64,000 nucleotides of DNA from an uncultured Prevotellaceae bacterium (GCA_937916085.1 CALGGO010000060.1:1602-65601), one strand, 5' to 3'; positions 9,545-17,708 are shown, counted from the first letter of the stretch. Translations and numbers: made by a program. The notes: generated by a model not told the origin, from the letters alone.

Positions 9545-10453
9545 ATGTTAGATAGAGAAATTATTATCCGTCGATTAGCAATAATTAAATACCTCCATAA
9601 TATTGGCGTGCAACAGTCAATGCAAGTAGAAACTGTTGCTGGTTTTTCTGTTCTAGCTTTCCATGATTGTGCTGAAATGTTTCTACTGCTTGTTGCTGAA
9701 AATAAAGGTGACAATTGTGAGAAGTGGTCTTTTATGGAATTTTGGAACAAATATCCAGAACTGTCATTAAAAGAATCCATGAGAAATCTTAAGGACAGAC
9801 GTGTAAGTGTAAAACATAAAGGTCAATTCCCTTCAAAAACCGATATTGAAATTAGTCGAGTAACTATTGCAGATTTCTTGGAGCAGAACACTCCGATTCA
9901 ATTTGGTATAGAATATAAAGACATCTCAGTTTCTGAACTTATTTCATACAATAACGTTAAAGAATATGTAAGCAAAGCAGAAGTCTTTTATAATGAAAAC
10001 AAATTATATGAATGTCTGTCTAACTGTAAGATAGCTTTTCTTGAACTTATGTACACATATGAATCAAGTAAGCATAATCGATTTGGAATTGATAGTTCTA
10101 TAAGTATTGGAGATAAAATTGGCAATGATTATCAGCTACTTGTAGGAAATGATGACAGACAGGGCGCAAGATGGTTCAAGGAGGTTACTGAAACTACAAA
10201 CAAGATGCGTGATTTATTGAAGATAGTTGCCCTTGGTATAGATTATAAAAGATATACATATTTTGAAACGATAACTCCCGAAGTTAATGTTTGGTGGGAT
10301 GAAAGAGGTAAAGAATATGAACCATATCCTCAGGAGTATTATAAAAATAGCAATCACATACGAGGAGAGGATTGTAGATCTTGTATTAGTTTTGTAATAG
10401 ATAGCGCTCTTAAGTTACAAGAATTGGATTATGATATTAATATTATTAAGTAG
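9545..10453 (+). CDS. Hypothetical protein, no recognised family (contains one R-x4-H motif)
   Basis: 302-aa AT-rich ORF on the same strand, 21 nt after the methyltransferase. RRVSVKH near residue 85. No other motif recognised. Confidence 0.55.
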   Translation: MLDREIIIRRLAIIKYLHNIGVQQSMQVETVAGFSVLAFHDCAEMFLLLVAENKGDNCEKWSFMEFWNKYPELSLKESMRNLKDRRVSVKHKGQFPSKTDIEISRVTIADFLEQNTPIQFGIEYKDISVSELISYNNVKEYVSKAEVFYNENKLYECLSNCKIAFLELMYTYESSKHNRFGIDSSISIGDKIGNDYQLLVGNDDRQGARWFKEVTETTNKMRDLLKIVALGIDYKRYTYFETITPEVNVWWDERGKEYEPYPQEYYKNSNHIRGEDCRSCISFVIDSALKLQELDYDINIIK

Positions 10454-10563
10454 ATATTATGTCACGACTCAGCGATTTATACAAGGCAATGGAAACGTTG
10501 CGGAAAGAAGGTCTCTCCTTGAATGAAGATTTGGAGCGGCATATAAGCTAACTGGAATAAGAA

Positions 10564-11265
10564 ATGTTTTATCTCGACGACAAGGAATTTGGCAGGGTGT
10601 TCATCTCGGTGCGCAGCAATATGCGCAACGTCACCATGCGGTGGAAGGGTGGCAGCCTGTATATGAATGTGCCTCCTGGAGTATCAAAGGAGCATTTGGA
10701 ACAGGTGCTCGACGAGATGCGGCCTAAACTGCGTCAGGGGCAGACTAAAGACGAACTGTCCTACCACATCGGGCAGGAGATAGAGTGCTACGGTTTCAAA
10801 ATAGTGATTGGCGAGCAGGCAAGGTATCACGACAAGATAATTTTCAGCAAGAGCGATAATGTGGTGACAGCCAGTGTGCCACATGGCATTGACCTCACCA
10901 CCCGCAGCAGCAAGCAGTGGATATCAAGAGCTTTGAAAACAGTGGCTCACAACGAAGCCGCAAGGCTGCTGTCGCTGGCACAAAGTGTAACAGCGCGGCT
11001 GGGCGTGGCTCCCGAACGGTTTGAGATAGGGCGCGGGCTGCGCAAACTAGGACACTGCACTCCCAAGCGCGTCATCCAGCTCTCGGCAAACCTTGTGTTC
11101 CTGCCCAAAGAGCTTATTGAATACATTATCTGCCACGAACTCGCCCACCTTACCCACATGAACCACTCCCCGCAATTCCACGCACTTGTTAATAAATACG
11201 TCAACGGCCAAGAAAAAGCCCTCGAACGTAAGTTGAGAGCTTTTCAATGGCCTGTGATAAGGTAG
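10564..11265 (+). CDS. YgjP/DUF45-like (M48-related) zinc metallohydrolase
   Basis: 233 aa. CHELAHLTHMNHSPQFHALV is the HExxH...NHS..F signature of DUF45. GC-rich native composition. Confidence 0.75.
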   Translation: MFYLDDKEFGRVFISVRSNMRNVTMRWKGGSLYMNVPPGVSKEHLEQVLDEMRPKLRQGQTKDELSYHIGQEIECYGFKIVIGEQARYHDKIIFSKSDNVVTASVPHGIDLTTRSSKQWISRALKTVAHNEAARLLSLAQSVTARLGVAPERFEIGRGLRKLGHCTPKRVIQLSANLVFLPKELIEYIICHELAHLTHMNHSPQFHALVNKYVNGQEKALERKLRAFQWPVIR

Positions 11266-11383
11266 ATAGTTCACAGTTAAGAGTTCTGCATTGAGTTCTT
11301 TTTTCACTATATCCTGCCGCAAACGGCAAAAAACACCCCTATTCGGCAGAATATACACCATTTCGTAATGAAAGATTTGGGGT

Positions 11384-14221
11384 TTAGTGTGCGTCGAGCC
11401 AGTTGGTGGCGGTGCCGTGGCTGGCGGTGAGGCGCACACGGCCGTGGTAGGCGTTTTCCATCTCGCTGACAACGATTTGAGTCACTTTCTCGAGTTCGTT
11501 GGGAATTACGTCAAAGTTCAACTCGTCATGCACTTGGAGTATCATTTTTGATCGGATGCCCTCCTGCTCAAAGCGGCGATAGATGGCTATCATGGCAATC
11601 TTGATGACGTCGGCAGCGGTGCCCTGGATAGGGGCGTTGACGGCGTTGCGCTCGCTGAAGCTGCGCACCACAGCGTTGCGCGAGTTGATGTCGGGCAGCA
11701 TGCGTCGGCGGCCAAATAGCGTGGTCACATAGCCTTTCTCCCTAGCCTGCGCCACACTCCGCTCTATATATTCCTTCACCTTGGGGAAGGTCTCAAAATA
11801 TCCGTCAATCAGCATCTTAGCCTCGCTGCGAGGGATGTTGAGCCGCTGACTCAACCCGAATGCCGAGATGCCGTAGAGGATGCCGAAGTTGGCGGTCTTA
11901 GCCTTGCGGCGCTGGTCGCCAGTCACCTTGTCGAGGTCCTCATGATAGATTTTAGCGGCGGTGATGGCGTGGATGTCCTCATCGTGGGCAAAGGCGTCGA
12001 GCATGGTGGTGTCGTTGCTCAGGTCGGCAACGAGGCGCAGCTCAATCTGCGAGTAGTCGGCGCTGAAGAACACATTGCCGTCGGCAGGGATGAAGGCGCG
12101 GCGTATCTCCTTGCCGTCGTCACTACGCACGGGGATATTCTGCAAGTTAGGATTGGTGGATGAGAGGCGCCCTGTGGCGGTGACGGTCTGGTTATAGGTG
12201 GTGTGGATGCGTCCTGTGCGGGGATTTACAAGTGCCGGCAGGGCATTGACGTAGGTAGAGAGGAGTTTGCGCAGTCCTCGCAACTCCAAAATTTTATCAA
12301 CCAACGGATGCCGGTCGCGCAGCTTCATCAGCACCTCCTCGGTAGTGGAGTACTGACCTGTCTTAGTCTTCTTGGCTTTGGCATCGATTTTCAGATGCCC
12401 GAACAGCACCTCACCCACCTGTGCCGGCGAAGCGGTGTTTAACTCCATTCCCGCCAACTCGTGGCACTCATGGTCGAGGGCGTTGACCTGCTCGGAGAGT
12501 TTTACCGAATACTCGGCGAGCGCTTTCTCGTCGATGCGCGCGCCCGCCAGCTCCATGCTCGCCAACACTCTCACGAGTGGCATCTCAATGTCGGTGAGCA
12601 GATGCGTCATACCCTTGTCTTCCAGGCGTTTGTCGAGCTTGGGTTTCAGAGCGAGGGAGAGGTCTGCCATCTCGCATGCCCAGTTGATTAGCTTCTCGGG
12701 TTTTACCTCTGCAAACTTCCTCTGCTTTTTGCCCTTTGCTCCTATCAGGCTCTCCATGTTGATAGCCTGATAGTTGCATATTTCCTCGGCGATAAAACGG
12801 GTGCTGTGACTGCGCTCGGGCTGGAGCAGATAGTGGGCAACGGCGGTGTCGTAGTAGTCGCCACGATAGTTGATGCCCACATTGCTGAGCATCACGATGT
12901 CGCGCTTGATGTCGTTGCTCACCAGCTGCACCCTGCCGTCGAAGAGCGGCGACACGGCGCTCATCATCCATCCCATGTCGTCGAGGGGCATAAAGGCGGC
13001 ATGATAGCGCTCGCTGCTCACAGCAATGCCCACGAGGTGGGCGCGCATGGCTTCCTCGCCGTCGGCGACGAGGCACACGCCCACTGGCTCGCCAGCGGCA
13101 ACGAGTTTCTCCACAAGCTGTGCTGCCTCGCTGTCATCGGCAACAAGGCGGTAGTCATGCTCATGCGAGTCGATGTTGTCCATCTCCAGCACTGGCGGCT
13201 CCTGCTCGGCGATGTCTTTGGTGTCGAGGTCGTCGAAGAGCGACGGAAGCAACGGGTTCTTCTTGGGATGGTTCAAAATCTCAAGCTCGGCTCTCGACAC
13301 ATCTTTCAGGGCCTCGGCAGGCGCTGGCGCGTTCTTTACTCCCACATTGGCCTCGCCATGCTCGATGATGCGCACCGCCAGGGTGCGGAATTCCAATTCC
13401 TTAAACACCTTAGCCAACGCATGCATATTGGCAGGCTTGCGTCGCAGCAGCTCCTCGTCCCACTCCACCGGCACATCGGTCTTGATAGTGGCAAGGAACT
13501 TCGAGAACTTGATTTGCTCCACATTCTCGGTGACCTTGCGCTGTAATGCACCTTTGAGTTGGTCGGTATTGGCGAGAAGGTTCTCCACCGAGCCAAACTC
13601 GTGCACCAGCTTCTTGGCGGTTACCTCTCCCACGCCTGGGCAGCCAGGGATATTGTCAACGGCATCGCCCTGAAGAGCCAACAAGTCAATGACTTGCAGT
13701 GGACTGGTGAAGCCATATTTCGCATTTATCTCCTTGATGCCTAAGATTTCAGCCTCACCGCCTCGGCGTGCGGGATGGTAGATTTTCACCTTCTCGTTGA
13801 CGAGCTGCCCAAAGTCCTTGTCGGGAGTCATCATGTAGGTCTCAAAACCCTGCTCGCTAGCCACATGTGCCAGGGTGCCTATAACGTCGTCGGCTTCATA
13901 GCCTGGCACCTCAATCACGGGGATGTTGTAAGCCTCGATGATGCGCTTGATGTAGGGCACAGCGGTTTTGATGTCTTCGGGAGTCTCGTCACGGTTGGCT
14001 TTATACTCTTTATATGCCTCATGGCGGAAGGTGCCGCCTGGCGGGTCGAAGCACACGGCGATGTGCGTGGGTTGCTCCTTCTTGAGGACATCTTGCAGCG
14101 AGTTGACAAACCCGAAGATTGCCGACGTGTTAATGCCACTGGACGTAAACCGCGGGTTGCGCATGAGAGCATAATAAGCCCTGAAAATCATTGCGTAAGC
14201 ATCAAGGAGAAAAAGCTTCAT
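11384..14221 (-). CDS. polA: DNA polymerase I
   Basis: 945 aa. Has the 5'-3' exonuclease N-terminus (MKLFLLDAYAMIFRAYYA), and the family-A polymerase motifs DYSQIELR, RRKAKTANFGILYG and QVHDEL. Confidence 0.95.
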   Translation of the reverse strand: MKLFLLDAYAMIFRAYYALMRNPRFTSSGINTSAIFGFVNSLQDVLKKEQPTHIAVCFDPPGGTFRHEAYKEYKANRDETPEDIKTAVPYIKRIIEAYNIPVIEVPGYEADDVIGTLAHVASEQGFETYMMTPDKDFGQLVNEKVKIYHPARRGGEAEILGIKEINAKYGFTSPLQVIDLLALQGDAVDNIPGCPGVGEVTAKKLVHEFGSVENLLANTDQLKGALQRKVTENVEQIKFSKFLATIKTDVPVEWDEELLRRKPANMHALAKVFKELEFRTLAVRIIEHGEANVGVKNAPAPAEALKDVSRAELEILNHPKKNPLLPSLFDDLDTKDIAEQEPPVLEMDNIDSHEHDYRLVADDSEAAQLVEKLVAAGEPVGVCLVADGEEAMRAHLVGIAVSSERYHAAFMPLDDMGWMMSAVSPLFDGRVQLVSNDIKRDIVMLSNVGINYRGDYYDTAVAHYLLQPERSHSTRFIAEEICNYQAINMESLIGAKGKKQRKFAEVKPEKLINWACEMADLSLALKPKLDKRLEDKGMTHLLTDIEMPLVRVLASMELAGARIDEKALAEYSVKLSEQVNALDHECHELAGMELNTASPAQVGEVLFGHLKIDAKAKKTKTGQYSTTEEVLMKLRDRHPLVDKILELRGLRKLLSTYVNALPALVNPRTGRIHTTYNQTVTATGRLSSTNPNLQNIPVRSDDGKEIRRAFIPADGNVFFSADYSQIELRLVADLSNDTTMLDAFAHDEDIHAITAAKIYHEDLDKVTGDQRRKAKTANFGILYGISAFGLSQRLNIPRSEAKMLIDGYFETFPKVKEYIERSVAQAREKGYVTTLFGRRRMLPDINSRNAVVRSFSERNAVNAPIQGTAADVIKIAMIAIYRRFEQEGIRSKMILQVHDELNFDVIPNELEKVTQIVVSEMENAYHGRVRLTASHGTATNWLDAH

Positions 14222-14225
14222 AATT

Positions 14226-14498
14226 AGTTCATAGTTAAGAGTTAAGAGTTCACAGTTGTCAGTTAAGAGTTCACAGTTGTCAGTTAAGAGTTCACAGTTG
14301 TCAGTTCAGAGTTCACAGTTGTCAGTTCAGAGTTCACAGTTAAGAGTTCAGAGTTCATAGTTAAGAGTTAAGAGTTCACAGTTGTCAGTTCAGAGTTCAC
14401 AGTTAAGAGTTCAGAGTTCACAGTTAAGAGTTCAGAGTTCATAGTTCATAGTTAATAGTTAAGAGTTCAGAGTTCACAGTTGTCAGTTCAGAGTTCAA
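14226..14498. repeat. 39 consecutive heptamers AGTTNNN (NNN = CAC, GTC, AAG, CAG, CAT, AAT, CAA) with no phase slip
   Basis: Parsed by eye unit by unit. Fills the deoC-polA intergenic spacer, beginning 5 nt from the polA start codon. Confidence 0.95.
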
Positions 14499-14507
14499 AG
14501 CAACTAA

Positions 14508-14539
14508 AAACTATGAACTCTGAACTATAAACTGTGAAC
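14508..14539. repeat. Four heptamers of the same family in inverted orientation (AACT-type); can pair with the end of the array; candidate deoC terminator stem
   Basis: aactatgaactctgaactataaactgtgaact is the reverse complement of agttcac/agtttat/agttcag/agttcat words. It lies 3 nt downstream of the deoC stop on the minus strand. Confidence 0.7.
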
Positions 14540-14541
14540 TT

Positions 14542-15438
14542 TTAAAACACATTCTTGTCGGTGCCTGTGAAGGACTGGAAGAGGGCGTTGGCGAGGCTGG
14601 AAGCGCCGATGCGGAAGTAGCGGTTGTCGAGCCATTTCTCGCCGAGCACCTCTTTCACGATGGTGTAGTACTTCACTGCGTCCTCGGTGGTGCGGATGCC
14701 GCCTGCCGCCTTGAAGCCCACCATCACGCCATGCTTCTCGTAGTACTCCTTGATACACTGGCACATCACGTAGGCGGCCTCGAGCGAAGCGCCGGGATAA
14801 ATCTTGCCGGTAGAGGTCTTGATGAAGTCGGCGCCCGAGTACATCGCCAGGATTGATGCCTTCTTGATGTTGGCGGCAGTCTCCAGGCAGCCAGTCTCGA
14901 GGATCACCTTGAGCATCTTGCCGTGGCAAGCGTGCTTAATCTCGCTGATCTCGTCGCACAGCTCCTCGTAGGCCTCATCGAGGAAGTAGCCCATATTGAT
15001 GACGATATCCACCTCGTCGGCGCCGTCGGCAACGGCAAGGGCGGTCTCGGCGATTTTGGTCTCCAGATGTGCCTGCGAAGCGGGGAAGCTGGCGCTGCAC
15101 ACCACCACATCCACGTCGCTCACCTCAAGGTTAGCGCGCACCACCTGGGCGAAGTTGCTATACACGCATATTCCCGCCACGTTCTTGTAGTCGGGATAGT
15201 TGCGCCAGTATTCGTTCACCTTTTGGGTGAAAGCTGCCACGCTGCGCTCGCTGTCGGTAGTGCTCAATGTGGTGAGGTCCACCGTGTTAAGCAGGAACTC
15301 CTGCACCTCGCGGGTGTTGTTCTCGGCGGCGTGCTCCTCGATGATTTTTGCCACTTCGGCCTTTACCTTAGCGTCGTCTTCAGTCACGTTGCTGCCATTG
15401 ATAGCAGCCAAATACTTGTTTTCAATTTTTTCTGCCAT
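14542..15438 (-). CDS. deoC: Deoxyribose-phosphate aldolase (long form)
   Basis: 298 aa. GADFIKTSTGK Schiff-base lysine motif and DEVDIVINMG. Confidence 0.9.
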   Translation of the reverse strand: MAEKIENKYLAAINGSNVTEDDAKVKAEVAKIIEEHAAENNTREVQEFLLNTVDLTTLSTTDSERSVAAFTQKVNEYWRNYPDYKNVAGICVYSNFAQVVRANLEVSDVDVVVCSASFPASQAHLETKIAETALAVADGADEVDIVINMGYFLDEAYEELCDEISEIKHACHGKMLKVILETGCLETAANIKKASILAMYSGADFIKTSTGKIYPGASLEAAYVMCQCIKEYYEKHGVMVGFKAAGGIRTTEDAVKYYTIVKEVLGEKWLDNRYFRIGASSLANALFQSFTGTDKNVF

Positions 15439-15453
15439 AATAGTTGTTTTTTT

Positions 15454-15493
15454 CTAGACTTTCTAGATTATCTAGATATTCTAGACTTCTAGG
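15454..15493. repeat. 9-nt word array CTAGAYNNN x4
   Basis: ctagacttt/ctagattat/ctagatatt/ctagacttc, between the mazG-like stop and the deoC start. Confidence 0.85.
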
Positions 15494-15497
15494 GTTA

Positions 15498-15833
15498 CTA
15501 TTTCTGCTTTATTAATTTGTCATTCTCAATGTGGCGAGAGGCGTCGCGGGCGGTTTTCTTGGCGAAGTTGCGTTGCAGAGCCTCGTCGAGGTTGATGCCC
15601 GTCTGGTTGGCGAGGCACATCACCACCCACAGCACGTCGGCGAGCTCGTCGCCCAGGTCACGGTCCTCGTCGCTGGGTTTGCACGACTGCTCGCCATAAC
15701 GCCTGGCGATGATGCGCGCCACCTCGCCCACTTCCTCGCTGAGTATTGCCATGTTGGTCAACTCATTGAAGTAGCGCACCCCGTAGGTCTTAATCCACTG
15801 GTCCACGCGCTCCTGCGCCTCGTTAATAGTCAT
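15498..15833 (-). CDS. MazG-like nucleotide pyrophosphohydrolase (small single-domain form)
   Basis: 111 aa. EEVGEVARIIARRYGEQS...LGDELADVLWVVMCLANQTGINLDEAL is the EExxE...DxxD all-alpha NTP-PPase pattern. Confidence 0.8.
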   Translation of the reverse strand: MTINEAQERVDQWIKTYGVRYFNELTNMAILSEEVGEVARIIARRYGEQSCKPSDEDRDLGDELADVLWVVMCLANQTGINLDEALQRNFAKKTARDASRHIENDKLIKQK

Positions 15834-15867
15834 CAGTTGTCAGTTATCAGTTGTCGGTTTCTTGATG

Positions 15868-15903
15868 AACAAGCTGACGCTTGCACTACAGAACACGACA
15901 GAT
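15868..15903. repeat. 36-nt intergenic element with a CAAGC-TGAC-GCTTG hairpin (copy 1 of 2)
   Basis: aacaagctgacgcttgcactacagaacacgacagat. The near-identical copy is at 51666-51702. Confidence 0.8.
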
Positions 15904-15909
15904 TATATT

Positions 15910-16263
15910 TTACTTCACAACTTTAGTCGCCGAGGTGGTGCCGTCGTCCGACAACTCGCCCTGCACCCACACTCCAGTGCCCTCGCCGTAGGCCAGAGGG
16001 TCGAGAAGATAAACGGTCTTATTGTCGGCGGCGTAAGTGATCTTCATCTGTCCGGTCTGCTGTGTGGCGTCATATCCATAGAGGCTTGCTGTCATGTACT
16101 CGCCCGAGCGGGTGTAGGACACCACGTTTCCCTCGGGTTGCTCGGTGATAATCTCCACATTGGCAGTTGCTTTGCCAGCAGGTTTACTCATGGTGTGGAC
16201 TGGTTGGGCGCCAGCACACATTGCCATTGACGCCACAGCGGTAAGTAGTAATAATTTCTTCAT
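15910..16263 (-). CDS. Hypothetical secreted/lipoprotein-like protein
   Basis: Start taken at MKKLLLLTAVASMAMCAGAQP (signal-peptide-like); the ORF is open up to 16317. No family recognised. Confidence 0.5.
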   Translation of the reverse strand: MKKLLLLTAVASMAMCAGAQPVHTMSKPAGKATANVEIITEQPEGNVVSYTRSGEYMTASLYGYDATQQTGQMKITYAADNKTVYLLDPLAYGEGTGVWVQGELSDDGTTSATKVVK

Positions 16264-16499
16264 ATTTCCAAATGTCGCAGCACTTTGGTTTAACAATATT
16301 AGAGGGTTCTTTTGCAAGTTGGTGTTAGCCTGAGCCGCTCATTAGGATTTAACAAAACGTCGCTCAGATTTTTGTCACATTTGATTTTACTTATCCCAGT
16401 GCCGCATTTCAAGAAAAGGAAATCAGCAATGACATTGCAAAGATAAGATTTTCTTTTTATTCAAAGAAATATTTTAAAGATATTATGATAGTGAGTACT

Positions 16500-16826
16500 T
16501 CGTGGTTCTCGCCGTAGGCGACCATCTCGCATATTTGACCTCTCGCAAAGTTGCACCTGTCGGCGAAAGCAAAGCCGCGCAAGCGCGGTGTTTTTGTCAC
16601 ACGGAAAAAATCCTGCGTGAGCAGGCTTTGTGACGAGCTCCGCTCGCAGCTTTAGATAAAATGCTCACGCTCGCAAGGCTTTGTGCAAGCACAAACTTTG
16701 TCTCGCTTAATCGCATTTTTGTGAGATTATAATGCTGGTATACTGGGACTAATTTTAATTCCAATTTTCAATTAATTTTAAGCGCGTAGCGCGCCCCCTC
16801 GAGTGTATAACGCCACTGTGCCGGGT
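16500..16826. repeat. Mosaic mini-hairpin array, copy A
   Basis: A string of short stem-loops (cgcc-gta-ggcg, ccgcgc-aa-gcgcgg, cctgc-gtga-gcagg, ttgtgc-aa-gcacaa, gcgc-gta-gcgc) joined by linkers shared with copies B and C (gataaaatgctcacgctcg, tctcgcttaatcgcattttt). Confidence 0.8.
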
Positions 16827-16829
16827 GTG

Positions 16830-17282
16830 TCACTCACGCAGGCGTGAGTCGATGATGATGGTGACGGGGCCGTCGTTGATGAGCGACACCTGCATGTCGG
16901 CGCCGAAGACGCCACGCTGCACGGGCTTGCCCATTAATTGCTCCACCTCCTGGCAGTAGAGCTCATAGAGCGGCACGGCGAGGTCGTGGCCTGCGGCATG
17001 GATGTAGCTGGGGCGGTTGCCCTTGCGGGTGCTAGCGTTAAGGGTGAACTGGCTCACTGCCAGCACCTCGCCGCCGGCATCTACGATGTTGCGGTTCATC
17101 ACTCCAGCGTCGTCGTCAAAGACGCGCAGGTTCACCGTCTTCTGCGCCAGCCACCGCACGTCGTCCTCGGTGTCGCCCTCGCGCACCCCCACCAGCACCA
17201 TGTAGCCGCCGCCTATCGCACTATGCACCTCGCCGCCAATGGCTACCGATGCCTCTCTCACTCGTTGTATAACTATTCTCAT
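16830..17282 (-). CDS. dtd: D-aminoacyl-tRNA deacylase
   Basis: 150 aa. MRIVIQRV...SQFTL...GNRPSY...DGPVT is the canonical Dtd pattern. Confidence 0.9.
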   Translation of the reverse strand: MRIVIQRVREASVAIGGEVHSAIGGGYMVLVGVREGDTEDDVRWLAQKTVNLRVFDDDAGVMNRNIVDAGGEVLAVSQFTLNASTRKGNRPSYIHAAGHDLAVPLYELYCQEVEQLMGKPVQRGVFGADMQVSLINDGPVTIIIDSRLRE

Positions 17283-17339
17283 ATCAGTTGTCAGTTATCA
17301 GATGTCAGATGCAAAGTTACTATTTTTTTAGACATACTG

Positions 17340-17708
17340 ACGTGAGAAAAGAAGATTTCTGCGCCCTGCGGGCGAAATTAGAGCACTTCGTGCTAAAAAA
17401 TGCGATTAAGCGAGAGAAGACAAGAACTTGTTCTTTGTATTCCGAGCGTGAGCATTTTATCCAAATTGATGTTGCGCCCAAGGGCGCTAAAATTATTTTA
17501 AAATAAAATTTTAGTGCGAAGCACCACAATAATGTTAGAGCCAAAGGCTCTTTAATTTCCATGTGCTGTGGCACATGGCGACCGTTCCTGCGTAAGCAGG
17601 CTTTGCTTTCGCCTACAGGTGCAACTTTGCGAGAGAACAAATGTGGATTTTGATTTAATTTTAAGCGTGTAGCGCACCCCTTCGAGTGTCAAAAGCCACT
17701 GTTGGGAG
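17340..17708. repeat. Mosaic mini-hairpin array, copy B (contains the 140-nt core 17361-17500)
   Basis: The reverse complement of 17361-17500 is identical base for base to 23559-23698. 17575-17625 is inverted relative to 16530-16580. 17656-17708 repeats 16772-16825 in direct orientation. Confidence 0.9.

Noticed and set aside
713-10453. Assignment of the island to BREX or DISARM
   Set aside because: A PglX/DrmMI-like methyltransferase, an SNF2 helicase and a PLD domain are present. However, I see no PglZ phosphatase, BrxC/BrxL ATPase/protease or DUF1998-helicase (DrmA/DrmB) genes. The island is only about 10 kb and is bounded by native genes. It is better described as a distinct split helicase-nuclease/methyltransferase system.
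10459-10551. 31-codon ORF MSRLSDLYKAMETLRKEGLSLNEDLERHIS* at the right edge of the AT-rich island
   Set aside because: It is too short and matches no motif I recognise. It could be a gene remnant or a real micro-ORF. I cannot support either from sequence alone, so it is not listed as a feature.
14226-14498. Possible CRISPR array upstream of polA
   Set aside because: The period is 7 nt with no unique spacers and no cas genes in the window. It is a phased word array, not repeat-spacer architecture.
17320-17640. 106-aa ORF (and 23578-23760, 60 aa) sharing the peptide GATSIWIKCSRSEYKEQVLVFSRLIAFFSTKCSNFARRA
   Set aside because: The shared peptide results from the 140-nt identical inverted repeat. 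The DNA is a chain of short hairpins, differences between copies preserve the stems rather than the codons, and the ORF ends differ. I interpret it as a structured non-coding repeat.
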